NCBI GenBank assembly: GCA_002633005.1
Contig: NMRA01000155.1
Span: forward strand, 303,844 to 367,843
Reading direction: 5' to 3'
DNA: 64,000 nucleotides
Source: Phoronis australis
Lineage: Eukaryota; Animalia; Phoronida
A program made the position numbers and the translations under genes. Of this stretch, positions 36,301-49,644 are shown piece by piece; position 1 is the first letter of the stretch, and every line of letters begins with the position of its first letter. The notes under the pieces are model-generated. The model was not told where the DNA came from. It did no database searches and was given only the letters and a program-made list of their open reading frames with translations.

Positions 36301-39300
36301 ACCGTGCTACTCAGTCTAAATGTGTCAGTGAAACTAACAAATACACCTAGAAGTAAACCGCATTTCAAGCTTTTGGAATTGCTCATGTTTTCATTTTCTT
36401 TACGGCAAAATTCCCGAGTATCTGCCAGAATTTCATTCGCCAGTTTTCAATTAAGTAGCATTCCATCCAGTAGATAAAAATGTTGACTAATGTTGCTCTC
36501 ATATTATAACTTTGCCAGTTGTGATGAATAAAGTCCCTCTTTGTTTCTCTTCTAAAATATTCTGTGAGCCTTGTGGTAGCACGGTGTATATTTAATACCT
36601 ATTTCTTAAGACGAGCATTTAAACACGCGCTATTGCAATGGAATACCAGCATCTTTAAAAGTCGTATTCATGCTTTTAGCTAAGGCAGTCGTAGGCACAT
36701 GATCGATAATCAAAAACTGTGTTCTTTTGGGAAGAATTTGCAATCGACGCCCTATCAATTCTAAACTGTTTTTATCAAAGATCATAAGCCCCATCTCAGC
36801 AATGACAATTGTCGTCACGTTGTAGTGAACGCGATGCTGCATTGACATTTATTTTTTTCACGCTGGGTGAGCACCAAAGGCTTAAAGGAACGTTTTTACT
36901 TACTCCAATTTTAAATGGAAATTCTCCATCACACAAAACATGTCTTTTATTTGAACCACCTTTGTATGAAACACGACTTATATGACATTTCTATTTTGGC
37001 GGTGGGAGCCAGATGCTGCGTGCATACCATTGCAGAGAAACTTCTGAAACTATTTCAAAAACGTTATTTCACAATTTCAACCTGCATGACGTAACAAATC
37101 ATGGGAGTCACGGTCGTCTTGGCTAAGATCAGGGGTCCGTTCCCACAAAACTGACATAGCTAAGACAAATCTTAAATTTTAGGAAATTTTAAAATAAAAA
37201 TTAGATTTGTCTCAAAACCAATTCAAGAAAGAGATCTTAAGTTTAACTAAAGTGTTTGACATAAATTTTGTCTTAATTTTGATTAACTTACGGAATATGG
37301 AAGTTTCAAAGTTTGGAAGTTAAGACAAACCTTAAACTTAAGTCAAAAATGAACTTAAGTCAGTTTCTTGGTACAGGCCCCAGCTGTCGTTTCATAAAAA
37401 GCGACTTAGTCTTAAAAGACTTAGCCTCACGCTCCCACGCCAGTAAAGGTTTAGCCGTGTAATTAGCATATCACAACTTTGAATTATTTTTTTAAGTATC
37501 TAGTTTTTAACCGTAATGGGGACATTTTTATATACTTTGTTTTTTTTTTGTTGAAGTGTATTTAAATTGTGTTTTCAGAAATCGTTATGTGGAGCGTAAG
37601 ATCACTTACTTTTCATAAAAGTGATCGCAGGAGCGCTTAATATGTATTTCATCCTTCATGCCTATAGATATAGACAGTTGCCCGTCATGGTTTTTATACA
37701 CGGAGGAGGTTACGTTGTGGGTTCGAAAAACACATATCTTGGCAATGGCTTGGTTCAGAGAGAAGTTATTTTGGTAGTAATAAACTATCGTCTTGGTACA
37801 TTTGGATTTTTGGCTACTGGTATGTATAGTTCATGTACTTAAATGCTTTGTGAAGTTTCCTAGTTAAAAAGAGAAACAGTCAACATTTTTTATGAATCGT
37901 CTCTCGGCAATTCTGGCACCAAGTAAACAGTCTTTGCATGTTTTGTTTACCCATTCACGTGCTTTTAGAAGCAAGTTTGGTGTGTGTTTTTAAATCATCG
38001 AAGATTTCTGTGACTGATAAAATGAAGATAAAGATTTCTGCAATGTGACTTTATACTTGAATTAGCGTCATCGTAAATTCGGAAACTGTTCGATCATGCC
38101 GATTTCCCAGATCCGATACACATGCTCTGAATCGCTTTACGCATGCGTGATTACATAGACGTAGAGCACGAGTGCTTAAGAGTGGCGTCGCGTAAATAAA
38201 TTCTCAAGAATTTTGACATTAATATCAAAGGAAATATAATGCTACATCGGTACTAAATACCCGACACCTAACATTATTTCGCCATTATATCCCCAACAGG
38301 TGACAAGGCTTCAACAGGTAATTATGGTCTCATGGATCAACATTTGGCTCTGAAATGGGTGAATGAAAACATAGGACACTTTGGAGGTGATCCTGATGAA
38401 GTAACTATATTTGGAGAATCTGCTGGAGCCGGAAGTGTTATGTTCCAAGTCATAGCACCAGCCAATAGAGGACTTTTTAAACGAGCTATTCCTGAGAGCG
38501 GCGGCACTGAATGCCCATGGTCACTCGTCACCAACGAAACGGCCCTTGCAAACACGAAAAAATTGGCTGCTAAATTGAACTGTACCTCGACAAGCACTCA
38601 CATGATGGTCAATTGCTTGAAGCAAATTGACGCCATGGATGTCATTATGATGACTACTGGGGATGTTCTGAACCTCATCAATATGAACCCTGTTGTAGAC
38701 GGGCATTTCATTCCGAAATCGCCGGAGCAGATGTACAACGATGGCGTAGCTCGAAATGTTACCGTTATGACGGGACGTACCAGGCATGAGGGTTACATGT
38801 CTGTTGCCTATGCAGAACAAACGCTGCAAAATACTCGAATGGAAGAATACAGTCCATCGTTTGCCAAAGCTTTCGACTTTTATTATTCTGACGTCATTGA
38901 GGCCGTTAAGAATGGACTTACAGACAAAAAGAGCATATTGCTTTTTACTGACTTTGCGACGGACTATCAGGTTTCGCACTGCATTGAGAAAGAAGCCAAT
39001 CTCCATGTTAGGTAAGGAAGTGCCTTTAGTTGTGACCAGTTTCTGCTTTCATTTTCTGGTGAAATTACCGTTTACTTGAATATAGGCCCATGCTCTTGGA
39101 TCCGAAATATTGTGTTTTTTCACAGATAATTTGCATTCATTGGTATTTGCATGCAAGTATTTTGCGTACAGGTACATGCGCGTAAGTTTTGCCAAAAAGA
39201 GCATGTTCAGGTCTTTTAAGTGGGTGCATGTCTTGTGCTGGTTACAGGTGCACGCGTTGTCTTCGACAAAAGCGCATGGCTTTGCCCCTTCAAAACGGTT

Positions 39301-42300
39301 TTACACGACCTTTATCGACAGCCCATTTCCGAAGTTTTATTTCAGTTTGGACGTTCACTTAGGCTTACTTGAGATTTTTGTAGCCACCTGGTAGACAATT
39401 TGTAAGTATAACATTCATCAGACCAGTGCAGCAACCAAATGTTGTGAAAAAATCAAATTTGTGCTCTTGTTGCTCCCATATTTGCAAATCTTCATGTTAG
39501 GGGAGAAAAAGACTTTGGCAGTGAAAGGTTTCTGATTTCATAGTACATTTAATGACTGATCGCCATGAAAATTGAAAATGGGCTGCCAGTGTTTGTAAAG
39601 AATGAACATTCACTTCTTTTGAGAGGAGATAAAGAATAGCCTACGAGGTGAACTTCGAATCAAAATGACCTCAAAAGAACATTCTGCTATCTGCTCTTTA
39701 CCGACTGTATTCTGCCCCTAGAGATACTTACCAACAGATACATGCAAAGGATATTCAGAAAACATTCGAAATTCTTCGTAGAATGAAATGATCCAGATAT
39801 TTCTATTTTGGGATAACAGTATGGACAAATGGAACAGCATGTGGCTTTCAGTGGAGTTGATGGCATGAGGAGTAAGATCCGAGAACCAAGAATTACGCCA
39901 AAGAGTGAGGTCCCGTAAAACTCCGTTAAATCACTCCAGTGAAACGCGATTCTCTCGCGACTAGTGTGCTCGAAGACCTGTAAACGTAACTTGGCAAAAT
40001 AGCGATTGGTTTTTGAAATTGGATCAGGGGCAGGTCCAGGATTTTTAATTAGGGTTGGCCAGGACAGAGTATTGGCTAGGATTTTGCCCATCAGACATTA
40101 GCACTCCCGAACAGCCAGATGTAATCTTGGGGAATTTTAAGGCGACATTACCCTTGACCATGTCTCTAAATCTGTGGAATGTCGAATTATGAGATGAAAT
40201 TCATGAATTTCGAGACAGGGTTACACGTATCTGCTTTCGCTCCAGAAGCGAAGATTTCTCAACGCAGCCAAATGTCATCCATCAATTGTTATAATTAGTT
40301 TAAAATTGCCAAATTAGTCAAATCGATGACACCCATGTTTGCTTGTTTCGCTACACCATTAAAGATAAAACGGGCATCACCAAATTGGATTGGTTCGATT
40401 AAAAAGAGGCATAATGATCCGTACTTCAAATAGTACTGAAGACAACATGTAAGCCATCTAGTATAACTAGCCAATCATATCACCAATATACGACGTCGCA
40501 AAAAGTTCGTACCCTTGTTTGGTACTTTGCATAATGAGTTCATAATCGTCGAGCATAGGCACGGAGGACGGAATAACTCGGGTGTTTTCGTATACTCAAA
40601 TTATAAATCTAAGGCAATTCATGTCTTCGAATGTCTGCAAATGGTTAGGTCTAGAGACTACTACAAATCTCGGCTTCACCCTTGCATGTCTCAACAGCCT
40701 TACGCAAGGTCAGTCTTAAATTTTGATCTGCATCATGATCTACGCTTAACTCTTGTTTAAGCCTGTTATCATCATCTCCATTTTGAAAGTTACGTGAGTT
40801 GCAGTTATGATTGGAGTTAGCATATACGTAGACATGATACACTTCCAACGAAAATAACCGAGGTGCTCACGATGACTTAAGGATGTCTAAAATGACGCGA
40901 AGCCACTGAACTATCAACGATTTTGAAACAATATTACACACATGTCAACCTTTATGGAATGTACGTATTCTAATAAGTATTTCATTCAACAAACGTAGTA
41001 CACGGTAGTACAAATAAAGTTATACGGACTCTTTTAGACATTAGAGCTTTATTCAATTACCAAAATGATAATAAAATGTCACGTTCCTACCTAGTTGAGA
41101 GATCTCGTGAACTTATTTCTTTACGTAAGGATGTTTACAGAAGATGATACAGGTTGGGACCAGAGGCAGTCATGCCGATTACATTTCTATGGAGGACGGC
41201 TATATGATAGTGGAACTTGATTGGGTAAATTTTACGTTGATTTTGTCTTTTGTTTCAGCAATGGAGGTGAACTGTATATGTTTATCTTTAACTTTCACGC
41301 CGGCGTCTCCTTCCTTTTAAATAACACAACCCCGGACTTCATATACGGTTCGCATGGTGAAGAGCTAGTGTACGTATTCGGCTACGCGTGTGTGCACATG
41401 CCAGAGCTCGATTCAGTGGTGACACTTTCCAGAATGACTGAAAGCGATATCACCATGTGCCACGCGATGATGGACATGTGGACTAACTTCGCCTACACAG
41501 GGTAAGATGTCAATAGGATTTAAGCTGCTTTTAGAAGCCCCCAAAACATAATAATTCAAGGCCGAATTCGTAATGATTAGTGGCTAAATCAAAAGTTAGT
41601 TTTGCCAGAAACAACCTCACTGATGTTTTCACGGGTATAATTTGTGGATCATAAAAACGAAGCGACTTTTTGAAGGTAACATTAAAATCATCTACATACA
41701 GGCGAAAATCTATAATTCTGTACATGTATAACTTCCAACTCCAATACTAAAGTATTCATAAGATCATCCCGGATAGGAAAATCGAAACAACGTTGTTTCT
41801 AATCTCTCCTCAATTGAGTGCAACAAATTCCATTGCAAGTCAACCAAGCGATCGATAACTCTTCTCATACAACTGTGCATGGGTCCATTTTCTAAGCACA
41901 AGAGGCGGAAAAAAGCTTCGAAAAATATCATGAATTTGGGATTAGCCGACTCTGAACACTCCTGGTAGTCACCTGAGCTATCGGCAAATGAGATGGCGAA
42001 ATGAATTTCATCACAAACTTAAAGTGAATTTTGCACTTAAATATTGGCTTCTGGACTATTGTTACCACAGGACGGAACGGGGCAAACTTCAAACCTCAAG
42101 AGACATGAAATTTTTTTCACCGGTGACGCTGATATTTGTCAGTAGCAAGTCTTAACTCGCTCTCTCTGTGACAGGCTATCGTGTAGTTACCTCCCTTCAA
42201 TTTCAAATTACTTTTAATAAGTTCGTTCCTGTGTATTTCTTATGGATGGCTGCTGGCAAGATTTAGCGCATGCGCAGTAGTACAGATAACAACTTTCTGG

Positions 42301-42747
42301 CGATAATGTACTGTAATAATGGCAAGCGGGTGAAATAAAAAATTAAGTTAGGGCTGATGGTGGTTCACAGCAACTTTCAATGGACATTTGTGACCATTAA
42401 ATCCACAAATTCATAATAACTTCCCATTTTTGTTCACAACCTGTATAAAGCAAACATCAACAGTGAAATTACGTATGCTTTCATTGTTTGTACATTTCAG
42501 TCATCCGTTCAAGGGCAGACGACATTTCAATTTGCATTGGCCTCAATACAAGATGGATATGCCTTATGCCTTCAATCTCAATGAAAATCTGACCATGTCA
42601 TCTGGCGACGACCTGATAATTACACCCCATGGTAATCCGGAGTTGCTCCGTCCCAAGAAAATCCAGTTTTGGAATAAGTTAGTCCCCGAACTTAAGAAAA
42701 TCGACACGCCTATGCCGTGTAATGAGACAACTACTCGAATGCCCTAG
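31938..42747 (+). CDS. Gene B: two-domain carboxyl/cholinesterase-family protein, 7 exons, ~1104 aa
   Basis: Exons 31938-33367, 33981-34270, 35556-35796, 37668-37819, 38300-39011, 41259-41501, 42501-42747. Lengths identical to gene A. Domain 1 GVGSG; domain 2 HGGGY, GESAG, HEG, SHGEEL. Confidence 0.92.
33981..34270 (+). CDS. Gene B exon 2
   Basis: ttttag|A AAG CCA ... GCAG|gtactt; 290 nt. Confidence 0.88.
35556..35796 (+). CDS. Gene B exon 3
   Basis: ttcag|GA ... AG|gtgatt; 241 nt. Confidence 0.9.
37133..37380. mobile_element. Harbinger-like MITE (copy 1) in intron 3 of gene B
   Basis: CAG TSD on both sides; imperfect ~22-bp TIR (GGG.C.GT.CC...AAACTGAC). Second copy at 46022-46260. Empty site visible in gene A (~10710) and gene C (~56905). 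Confidence 0.8.
37668..37819 (+). CDS. Gene B exon 4
   Basis: ctatag|A TAT AGA ... G|gtatgt; 152 nt. Confidence 0.9.
38300..39011 (+). CDS. Gene B exon 5
   Basis: aacag|GT GAC ... AG|gtaagg; 712 nt; GESAG. Confidence 0.9.
40025..40140. mobile_element. Partial copy of the hAT-like MITE seen at 55437-55590, in intron 5 of gene B
   Basis: CAGGGGCAGGTCCAGGATTTT...GGCCAGGACAGAGTATT...TCAGACATT...ATGTAATCTT aligns with 55437 onward; absent from the homologous intron of gene A. Confidence 0.7.
41259..41501 (+). CDS. Gene B exon 6
   Basis: ttcag|C AAT ... GG|gtaaga; 243 nt. Confidence 0.9.
42501..42747 (+). CDS. Gene B exon 7
   Basis: ttcag|T CAT CCG ... TAG; 247 nt. Confidence 0.88.
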
Positions 42748-45740
42748 TTGAAATGGATCTACATGCATTTACATAAGTAAACACGCACTAAAAGCATAAT
42801 CTTTACCCATGCAGAGAGACACTTATCTATCTGATCGGTACAGGTCTCCTTTGGAGAAGAAGGAATTGGAGAAAGTGAAGTGTGGTGTTCTTTGTTGCAA
42901 CCCTAAAGCGTTCCTACAACGGATTTTTTTATGTTCAAGTTTTGAGACCGTGTGTCACTGCAGACTGCCATGCTATGTTATTCTGACTTACGCGTACGAA
43001 TACGTTTGTTACCTGCCTTGTAAGCAGACCTGTTACTGTGTAGTTCTTGCACCAGATGTCGATTTCTGTAATTATTTATTTTCCTGCCGTCTTTTACGAA
43101 TGTTAGTCCACAAACGTTTATAGAGGTGAAACGTCTACTGTACGTAGTTATTCAACAGGTTTTGGTTGGAATTGGGCGATATCGGCATAAGTTCTTGCGT
43201 TTATTGATATAAATGTACATTTTCATTCGTTAGTTTTCTCCCGTTCTGTGCGTGTATTTAACGTTTTGAACGCTTGCTAATGTATGCTCTTTGCCCGACG
43301 TCATAGTTTGGCCATTGTCCGGGAAATTGGCTTGTTTTCTACATGGTGGCATGTTGTAACGTGTTCAGTTGACCTACTACTACTGTCACTTGTATACTGC
43401 CGAAAATAAAAAAGTAAAGCACACCGAGCCTTTTTTGTTTTGCTTCAACACCGTGTATAATAATATTTTATGACAAAATATAATTAAGCAAACAAATTTT
43501 TAGGAAACAATTGAGGAGTTTTGAATTTTAAAGAAAAAGTTAATGAGTTTTTGATCTCCCGCTACGTGATATCGTCAGTGAAAGACGTTTATCAGTTGAC
43601 AGCAAGCACGCTATGGTGGGTCGTACTGATTTTGTAAGTTAGGAAGACTTAAAGAGCGATTTGGACGAGTTATTGTGAAGACAGGTTTGGAGATGGGGGT
43701 GAATGCGACACTCAGGCCGTAGGTAATGAGTTAGACCTCGCCGTATCGGCAGACTTTGCGTTTTGAGGCCGCACGAACTCAATCGACCATCCCGCACCGG
43801 CGTCTTCGGCAAGTAAAGCCGATATTCGGCGCTCATTCAGTCTACCGACAGCCCTGCTTCAGATGGGTAATTTATTAAATTTTTCGAACCACGCTATTAT
43901 CTAAGCACAATTCTTCAGAATTGGTTGGGCACAGCGTGGCCCCCCAGCTTGCTCAATCGTGTCCCACGCACGAAACTGTGCCATTTCTAAGAGACCTTAT
44001 AGGGTCTTTTGAAAAGGCAAAAACTGAAATGTTGCCTGTCCAAGTACTATAACTGTATTCACCGAACATTGTTTTACAATACCCAGTCGAACTCGGCTTT
44101 CGAAATTACTTCGGCTGGCGGCTGGTGTAGAACAACACAATAATGTAGCCACTGATGACGTAGCCAAAAAAAAAAAATTGTTTAGTTTTTGCGTTCATTT
44201 CTTTATTAAAAGTGCACAAATTGAAGAAGAAATGCTTAAATTATCGTGCCATTTTTTAATAACCGAATTAAAGCATTTATGACTGTAGTATGAGGAGCAA
44301 ATAAGTGTTAACTGCGTAAGTCAACACTTGCGTGTAAAGCCAACACTTGAGTACTGTCTCCAGCCGACTAGAGCGAAGTCTTTCGTGAAAATGGCTTACG
44401 AAGGCAATACAAATATAAATTCCTGCGTGTTTCAGCAAATTGTGGTCTCAAGGGAATTAATTTACCAAATCATCAGTAAGCCACATTTCTGGCCATTTTG
44501 GGGAGCAATTTAATTTTAAAGTAAACAGTCTATGTTAAGACCTGTACATTCCCTTGTACATGTAATTAGAGTGTTAAATTTAGCTATTTCTGCAATTTGG
44601 ACATGGAATATAACTTGTTTAAAACCACTGAAACAAGATGTCCACAGTGCGTGATACCACAAGCAGTATTACCATAGAATGCATTAACTACTAAAACAAA
44701 AACTGTTTATTATTTTGTTCACATTAAAACGTTAAATTATAAGTTTGTGAACGTTGCCTGGTGGTGAAATTTGAAAATGAATACTAGAAACCGTTTATAC
44801 TGTTGTTGCCATTTAATTCAAGAACACATCTAAAAATCTGCCATTGACGTAATTGGGAAGAACGTGTTTTGATAACAACATCATTAAACACAAGATGGCG
44901 CTAAAGATTCACTATTTTGATTACAGATCTTTCATAGTTTATTAAGGAAAGTGTTACGAGCAATTTTAGAAAATTAGCCCAAAATTTTCACAACAAAGTC
45001 TAGTCAAATTAAGCAGAAAATGACTCTTGTGGTTTTGACCTGTCCAACAGAACATACTCAACATTTAGAATGTTTCGACTGATTGTTGATTTGACGTTGT
45101 TTTAAGGTTCTATAGGATCATTAACATACTAATTTTGTCCAGATTTGGACTATCTTACCTTAGAAATGGCAAGTCAGGTTCACGCAAAACTTCAGTCACG
45201 TTTAAGATTTGCTTTTAAGGTGTTCACTTTTACGTGAGGTGCTATTGAATTAAACGAATACAAACCCATTATTTAGAAAGTTTTAACAGCTATTGAACAT
45301 TTACATCACTTAAAAATTGGACGTGTCATTGGTCCTGTTGTTTTGCTCTACAGGTACCTTTCCTATTTGCTAAATGTTCGTAAAATGCAAGCTCACTTGA
45401 CCTAACTAGTGGCAGATTGGTATAAAATCAAATATCAAATTCTACGGGTTTTCTACTCTCAGAAAATGCTTACTTTTGCTAAGTTAAACTCTATGGTAAA
45501 GGTAAAAACTTTTCCTACGTAATCTTAAGGAAAACATGTTTTCTAAAAGAACAGATTGCAGTGCAAACACTACATGAAAACATAGGTCATCCCTAAATAT
45601 ACAGCCTCCATTTCACTGACGGTGTCCCATTGCCTGCACGAGGATACCTGTCTGGATGTCTATCCACCGCCATGTCCCCTCGGCCGCATCTCCCTCCCCC
45701 CCTCAAAACCGATGTTCGTCAAGACTGACAATTCCTCTGC

Positions 45741-45910
45741 AAATACATACATACCCATGCATACATAAATACATACATACATACATACATACAAAAATAC
45801 ATACATACATACATACATATATACATTCATTCATACATACATAAATACGTAGATATATGCATACATTCATGTATGTATTAATCTAATGTATATGTATGTT
45901 TGTATTCATG
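45741..45910. repeat. (CATA)n microsatellite followed by a degenerate inverted (TATG)n tract
   Basis: atacatacatac... to ~45850, then gtatgtat/tatgtatgtttgtat. Confidence 0.85.
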
Positions 45911-46021
45911 TAATATTCAAAAAGTGACAAAATTTTAAATTTTGACGTTTTAGTTTTTTGCTACTTCGTCTTCTCGAGCTATTCGAGAAAAACGATTTTG
46001 TTTTGTTGCTACCGTGATCTG

Positions 46022-46260
46022 ATACCCCGTTCCAACAATACTGGCTTAGTTAAAGACAAATCTTAAATTTTAGTAAATTTTAAAATAAAAGTTAGATTTG
46101 TCTCTTAACCAATTCAAGAAAGAGATCTTAAGTTTGACTTAAGTGTATGATCTAAATTTTGTCTTAATTATGACTAACTTTCCAAATGCGGAAATTTCAA
46201 AGTTTGGAATCTTAGACTTAAGTCAAAAATGAACTTAAGTCAGTTTCTTGGAACAGGCCC
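46022..46260. mobile_element. Harbinger-like MITE (copy 2), intergenic
   Basis: CTG TSD on both sides; body aligns end to end with 37133-37380 (AAGACAAATCTTAAATTTTAG...GAACTTAAGTCAGTTTCTTGG.ACAGGCCC). Confidence 0.8.
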
Positions 46261-48064
46261 CTGTTCCACATCTCACTAAATACGTGGCCACTTGGCCAAC
46301 AAAACCGACTATATGAGCAACAAATACTTAAAATTTTAATGAAACCTACAACTAAGTAACAATTTTAAATTTCCTGGCATTTGTGGATGATTCAGCCCTT
46401 TGTATTTCCGACGCATACCAGATTCACACTCTATAATTGTACACTGCATGTAACTCGTGAAAATGTGGGTATAATTTACGGGGTTTTAGCAATTGCTTAA
46501 GACTGATTGTTTTAAAGAAAAGGAATACACGAAACTTTACTTAGTTTTTGTGTTTGCTCATACACGTCTTTTTTCTAAAAAATAAATCTATTACAGCTTG
46601 ATGACGTATTCAAATTGATTTGCTTAAAAGTCTACAAGGTTAAAAAGAATTTCTGTTCTTCTGATTCAATGGCAGTAATTTAATCAAGCCAAGTCAGTTG
46701 TCTAGAAATACAGTGCTCTACACTTAGCTTCACGCGTTTTGACGATTTGACCAAAATCCAAGGTCGTCAAACGAAATTTGAGGACGCCAAAACTAACGTA
46801 GAAATCGTCGAGCGAAATAGGTCGTGCCGTTCTCAGAAACTTACGAATACCTCTTCAGTGAAAAGTGTGTACCATTCACCGTCTAGCCTAACTCAATTCC
46901 TCTTGCTAACAAAGATAGAACGCAGACGATCGCATTCGCAGGAGGCGCATGTTTCACCGATTTTGCCGATCAATTCCGACTTCCTTCTGTTTACTTAGTG
47001 TTGTAGTTTGAGTGCGTGTTTGGTGTGTGTTGACTGTCTTGGTGTTAAATGCATTGATTTCACGAACTAAACGGAACAGTTGGAAACCAAAGGTAAACAA
47101 TCTCTCAAACCTATTTGTAACGTAATGTTTGGAAGTCAACACAAAAACTTTGAAATGAATTTCTAGGGGAATTATTGTCTGATATTAATACTTGTAGTAG
47201 CGACTTCGTGCCGACTTGGAATAAATTTCGAAAAGTGGGACAGTCTGCCAAGAGTGGAATAATGCACGCTTTCAGTAACACAAAGTATTGGAATGGATTC
47301 TCTTACAAATTTTCATTTTTAAAATTCATTTCACATATAACGTTACAACTCGAAATTGAATTAACAAAAAAGAATCTGGGCAACGGGTAAACATTGCTCA
47401 AAGGACTTAAAGGAACAACTGAAAACAGTAATAGTATATACCTGCACATTCACACATGCGCGCACGTACACGCACCATTAGCTACTCAAATGAATACATG
47501 TGTAGTTTTTTTCACACGTACAGGCCGGGGACAGATTTTTTGTTTGTATTTGAAATACAAACACTCAGAAACCAAATGACTTTTTTCACTAAAATATTGT
47601 AACACAATTTCAATAACCAAATATATCTCGTTGAGAAACTCCATGTAGATAGACAGGTTGTCGAAAGTGGCTGAAGCTGATTAGATATCATTCCAGGCAC
47701 ACAGCCACGGCAACACAAGTATGACCAGTGTATATGTGTTTGTTGACTAATTTTGCGGAGAATTCACTGGCTATCTTTATAAGCGTGCCTTCGAAAAAAC
47801 GAGACAAAATGAGAATGAAACAACGAAATGAGGCTTGATATGACAACTGCGGTACTCGATAAAAACTCAGTCGAGTAGGCAGCTGAAAATTCATTCGCTG
47901 CTGATCCCTTGAAATCTCGAAGTCGTAAGCTCTAATAATAGAATACGTAAGTCACACCGATCAGTCTACTTATTTGATGCGAAATTCCAAATAAGGAGAC
48001 GAATGCATAGGGAACAATGATGGTATTATCGACTTATACCGAAAAACGTGGGACGAGTGCAGGG

Positions 48065-48122
48065 TTTGTTTGAGATGTCATCTTGAGTAAACAAAACGGG
48101 TTAACATATTTCGCAACCGCAC
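48065..48122 (+). promoter_or_regulatory. Conserved upstream element of gene C
   Basis: TTTGTTTGAGATGTCATCTTGAGTAAACA...ATTTCGCAAC about 130 nt before ATG 48215. Confidence 0.5.
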
Positions 48123-48214
48123 TAAATCCGTTTAAGGTAAGCGAAGTGGGGATTGCCCACGTTATATAGAGACCAGCGAGAAGGCACTACTACTATTGTA
48201 AACAAATGTTTAAG

Positions 48215-49644
48215 ATGAGAAATTTGCTGTTTACGGTATGTTGTGCGGTCTTCTGGGGTGGGGTGTTAAGCACCGACTCAGTAGTGAACGTAAAGGGTGG
48301 AAAATTGAAAGGCGACTGGTCTCAAACGGATGGAGTAACTCGATTTTTGGGCATTCCTTATGCTTTACCACCGGTTGGCGAGCGTAGATTTGCACCTCCC
48401 CAGATGATGGAGAGTTGGAGTACTGAGAAAGAGTGCCTTGCCTACAAGCCTTCATGTCCTCAACCATTGGACATGTTCCAGGATTCGAGAACTGGTTATT
48501 TGAAGGTGTACAACCTTTCCTTTGACCTACCACAGACCAATGAAGATTGCTTGTACTTAAACGTGTTTGTTCCTGGCGAGGTTCAGGGTAACAAATCTTT
48601 GCCAGTTATGGTTCATTTCCAAGATGGCGGCTTCCAAGTAGCACTTTCTGATGTGTTCAATGGCTCCAGCCTTGCACGCGAAGGTGACGTTATAGTTGTA
48701 ACTTTTACTTCAAGACTCGGTGCTCTTGGTTTCTATGGAGGGCACAACTTGGGACTTTGGGACCAGATCAAAGTTTTGAAGTGGATACATCACAACATCG
48801 GCGCGTTCGGTGGTGATGCAAACAGAGTGACTTTGTTTGGAGTTGGATCAGGTGCATACGCAGTTGGTCTCCATGTTCTATCCGCGGAGAGTAGAGGGTT
48901 GTTCAAAAGGGCAATATCTCAAGGTACATCTGCTTACGATATGACCTTATTGAACTCAAATCCATCAGCTGCAAATGGTGCTTTCAACAAAGCAGTAATG
49001 TGTGAACACAAGGAAATGGGAGAACAGATGAAATGTTTAAGATCGCTGAAGGTTGAGGACATTATTTCTGTGCAAGTAAATCTTTCACAGCAGTATTTGA
49101 ATTTCATGCCGGCAGTTGATGGACAAATACTACAAGACAGTCCAGTGAAAATATTGGAAACAATGAAATTCAACAAGGTCGATTATATGTTAGGTGTCAA
49201 CAGTAACGGGGGATCTGCTGCTGTTTTTGACTTCTTTGCCCGTCTAAATACGGGTGCTGACGAAGATTATTTCAAGGCGTTCATAGATGGTGCTGCTTAT
49301 ATAGCGTCTACTACAAACTTTGCCGCCGTGAAGGCGGCTCTGTCGTATGAATACGCACCGATGATGAAAGAAAGTATGAACAACAAGCAGTGGTTTCAGA
49401 AAATATTGGACTTCTCTAGAGATGGATACTTAAGTCAAATCAGAGGAGCGCAGATGATGCACGCCGGTGCTGGGTTGCACGTTTACGCCTACTATTTCGA
49501 TCAGTCTCCGCCAGTTTCAAATGGCGTCCCAGTCGACGTGTTGGGTGTACCGGCGGGTGTGGAAGAGTTGTTTCTATTTGGAGGTGTGCGCCATGAGTTC
49601 AGTAAACGACTGATGAAAACGTGGGCAAGTTTTGCTAAAACAGG
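48215..49644 (+). CDS. Gene C exon 1
   Basis: GG|gtgagt donor; 1430 nt from the homologous ATG. Confidence 0.92.

Noticed and set aside
43979-45171. 13-bp inverted repeat TGCCATTTCTAAG / CTTAGAAATGGCA
   Set aside because: Does not extend convincingly and no TSD identified
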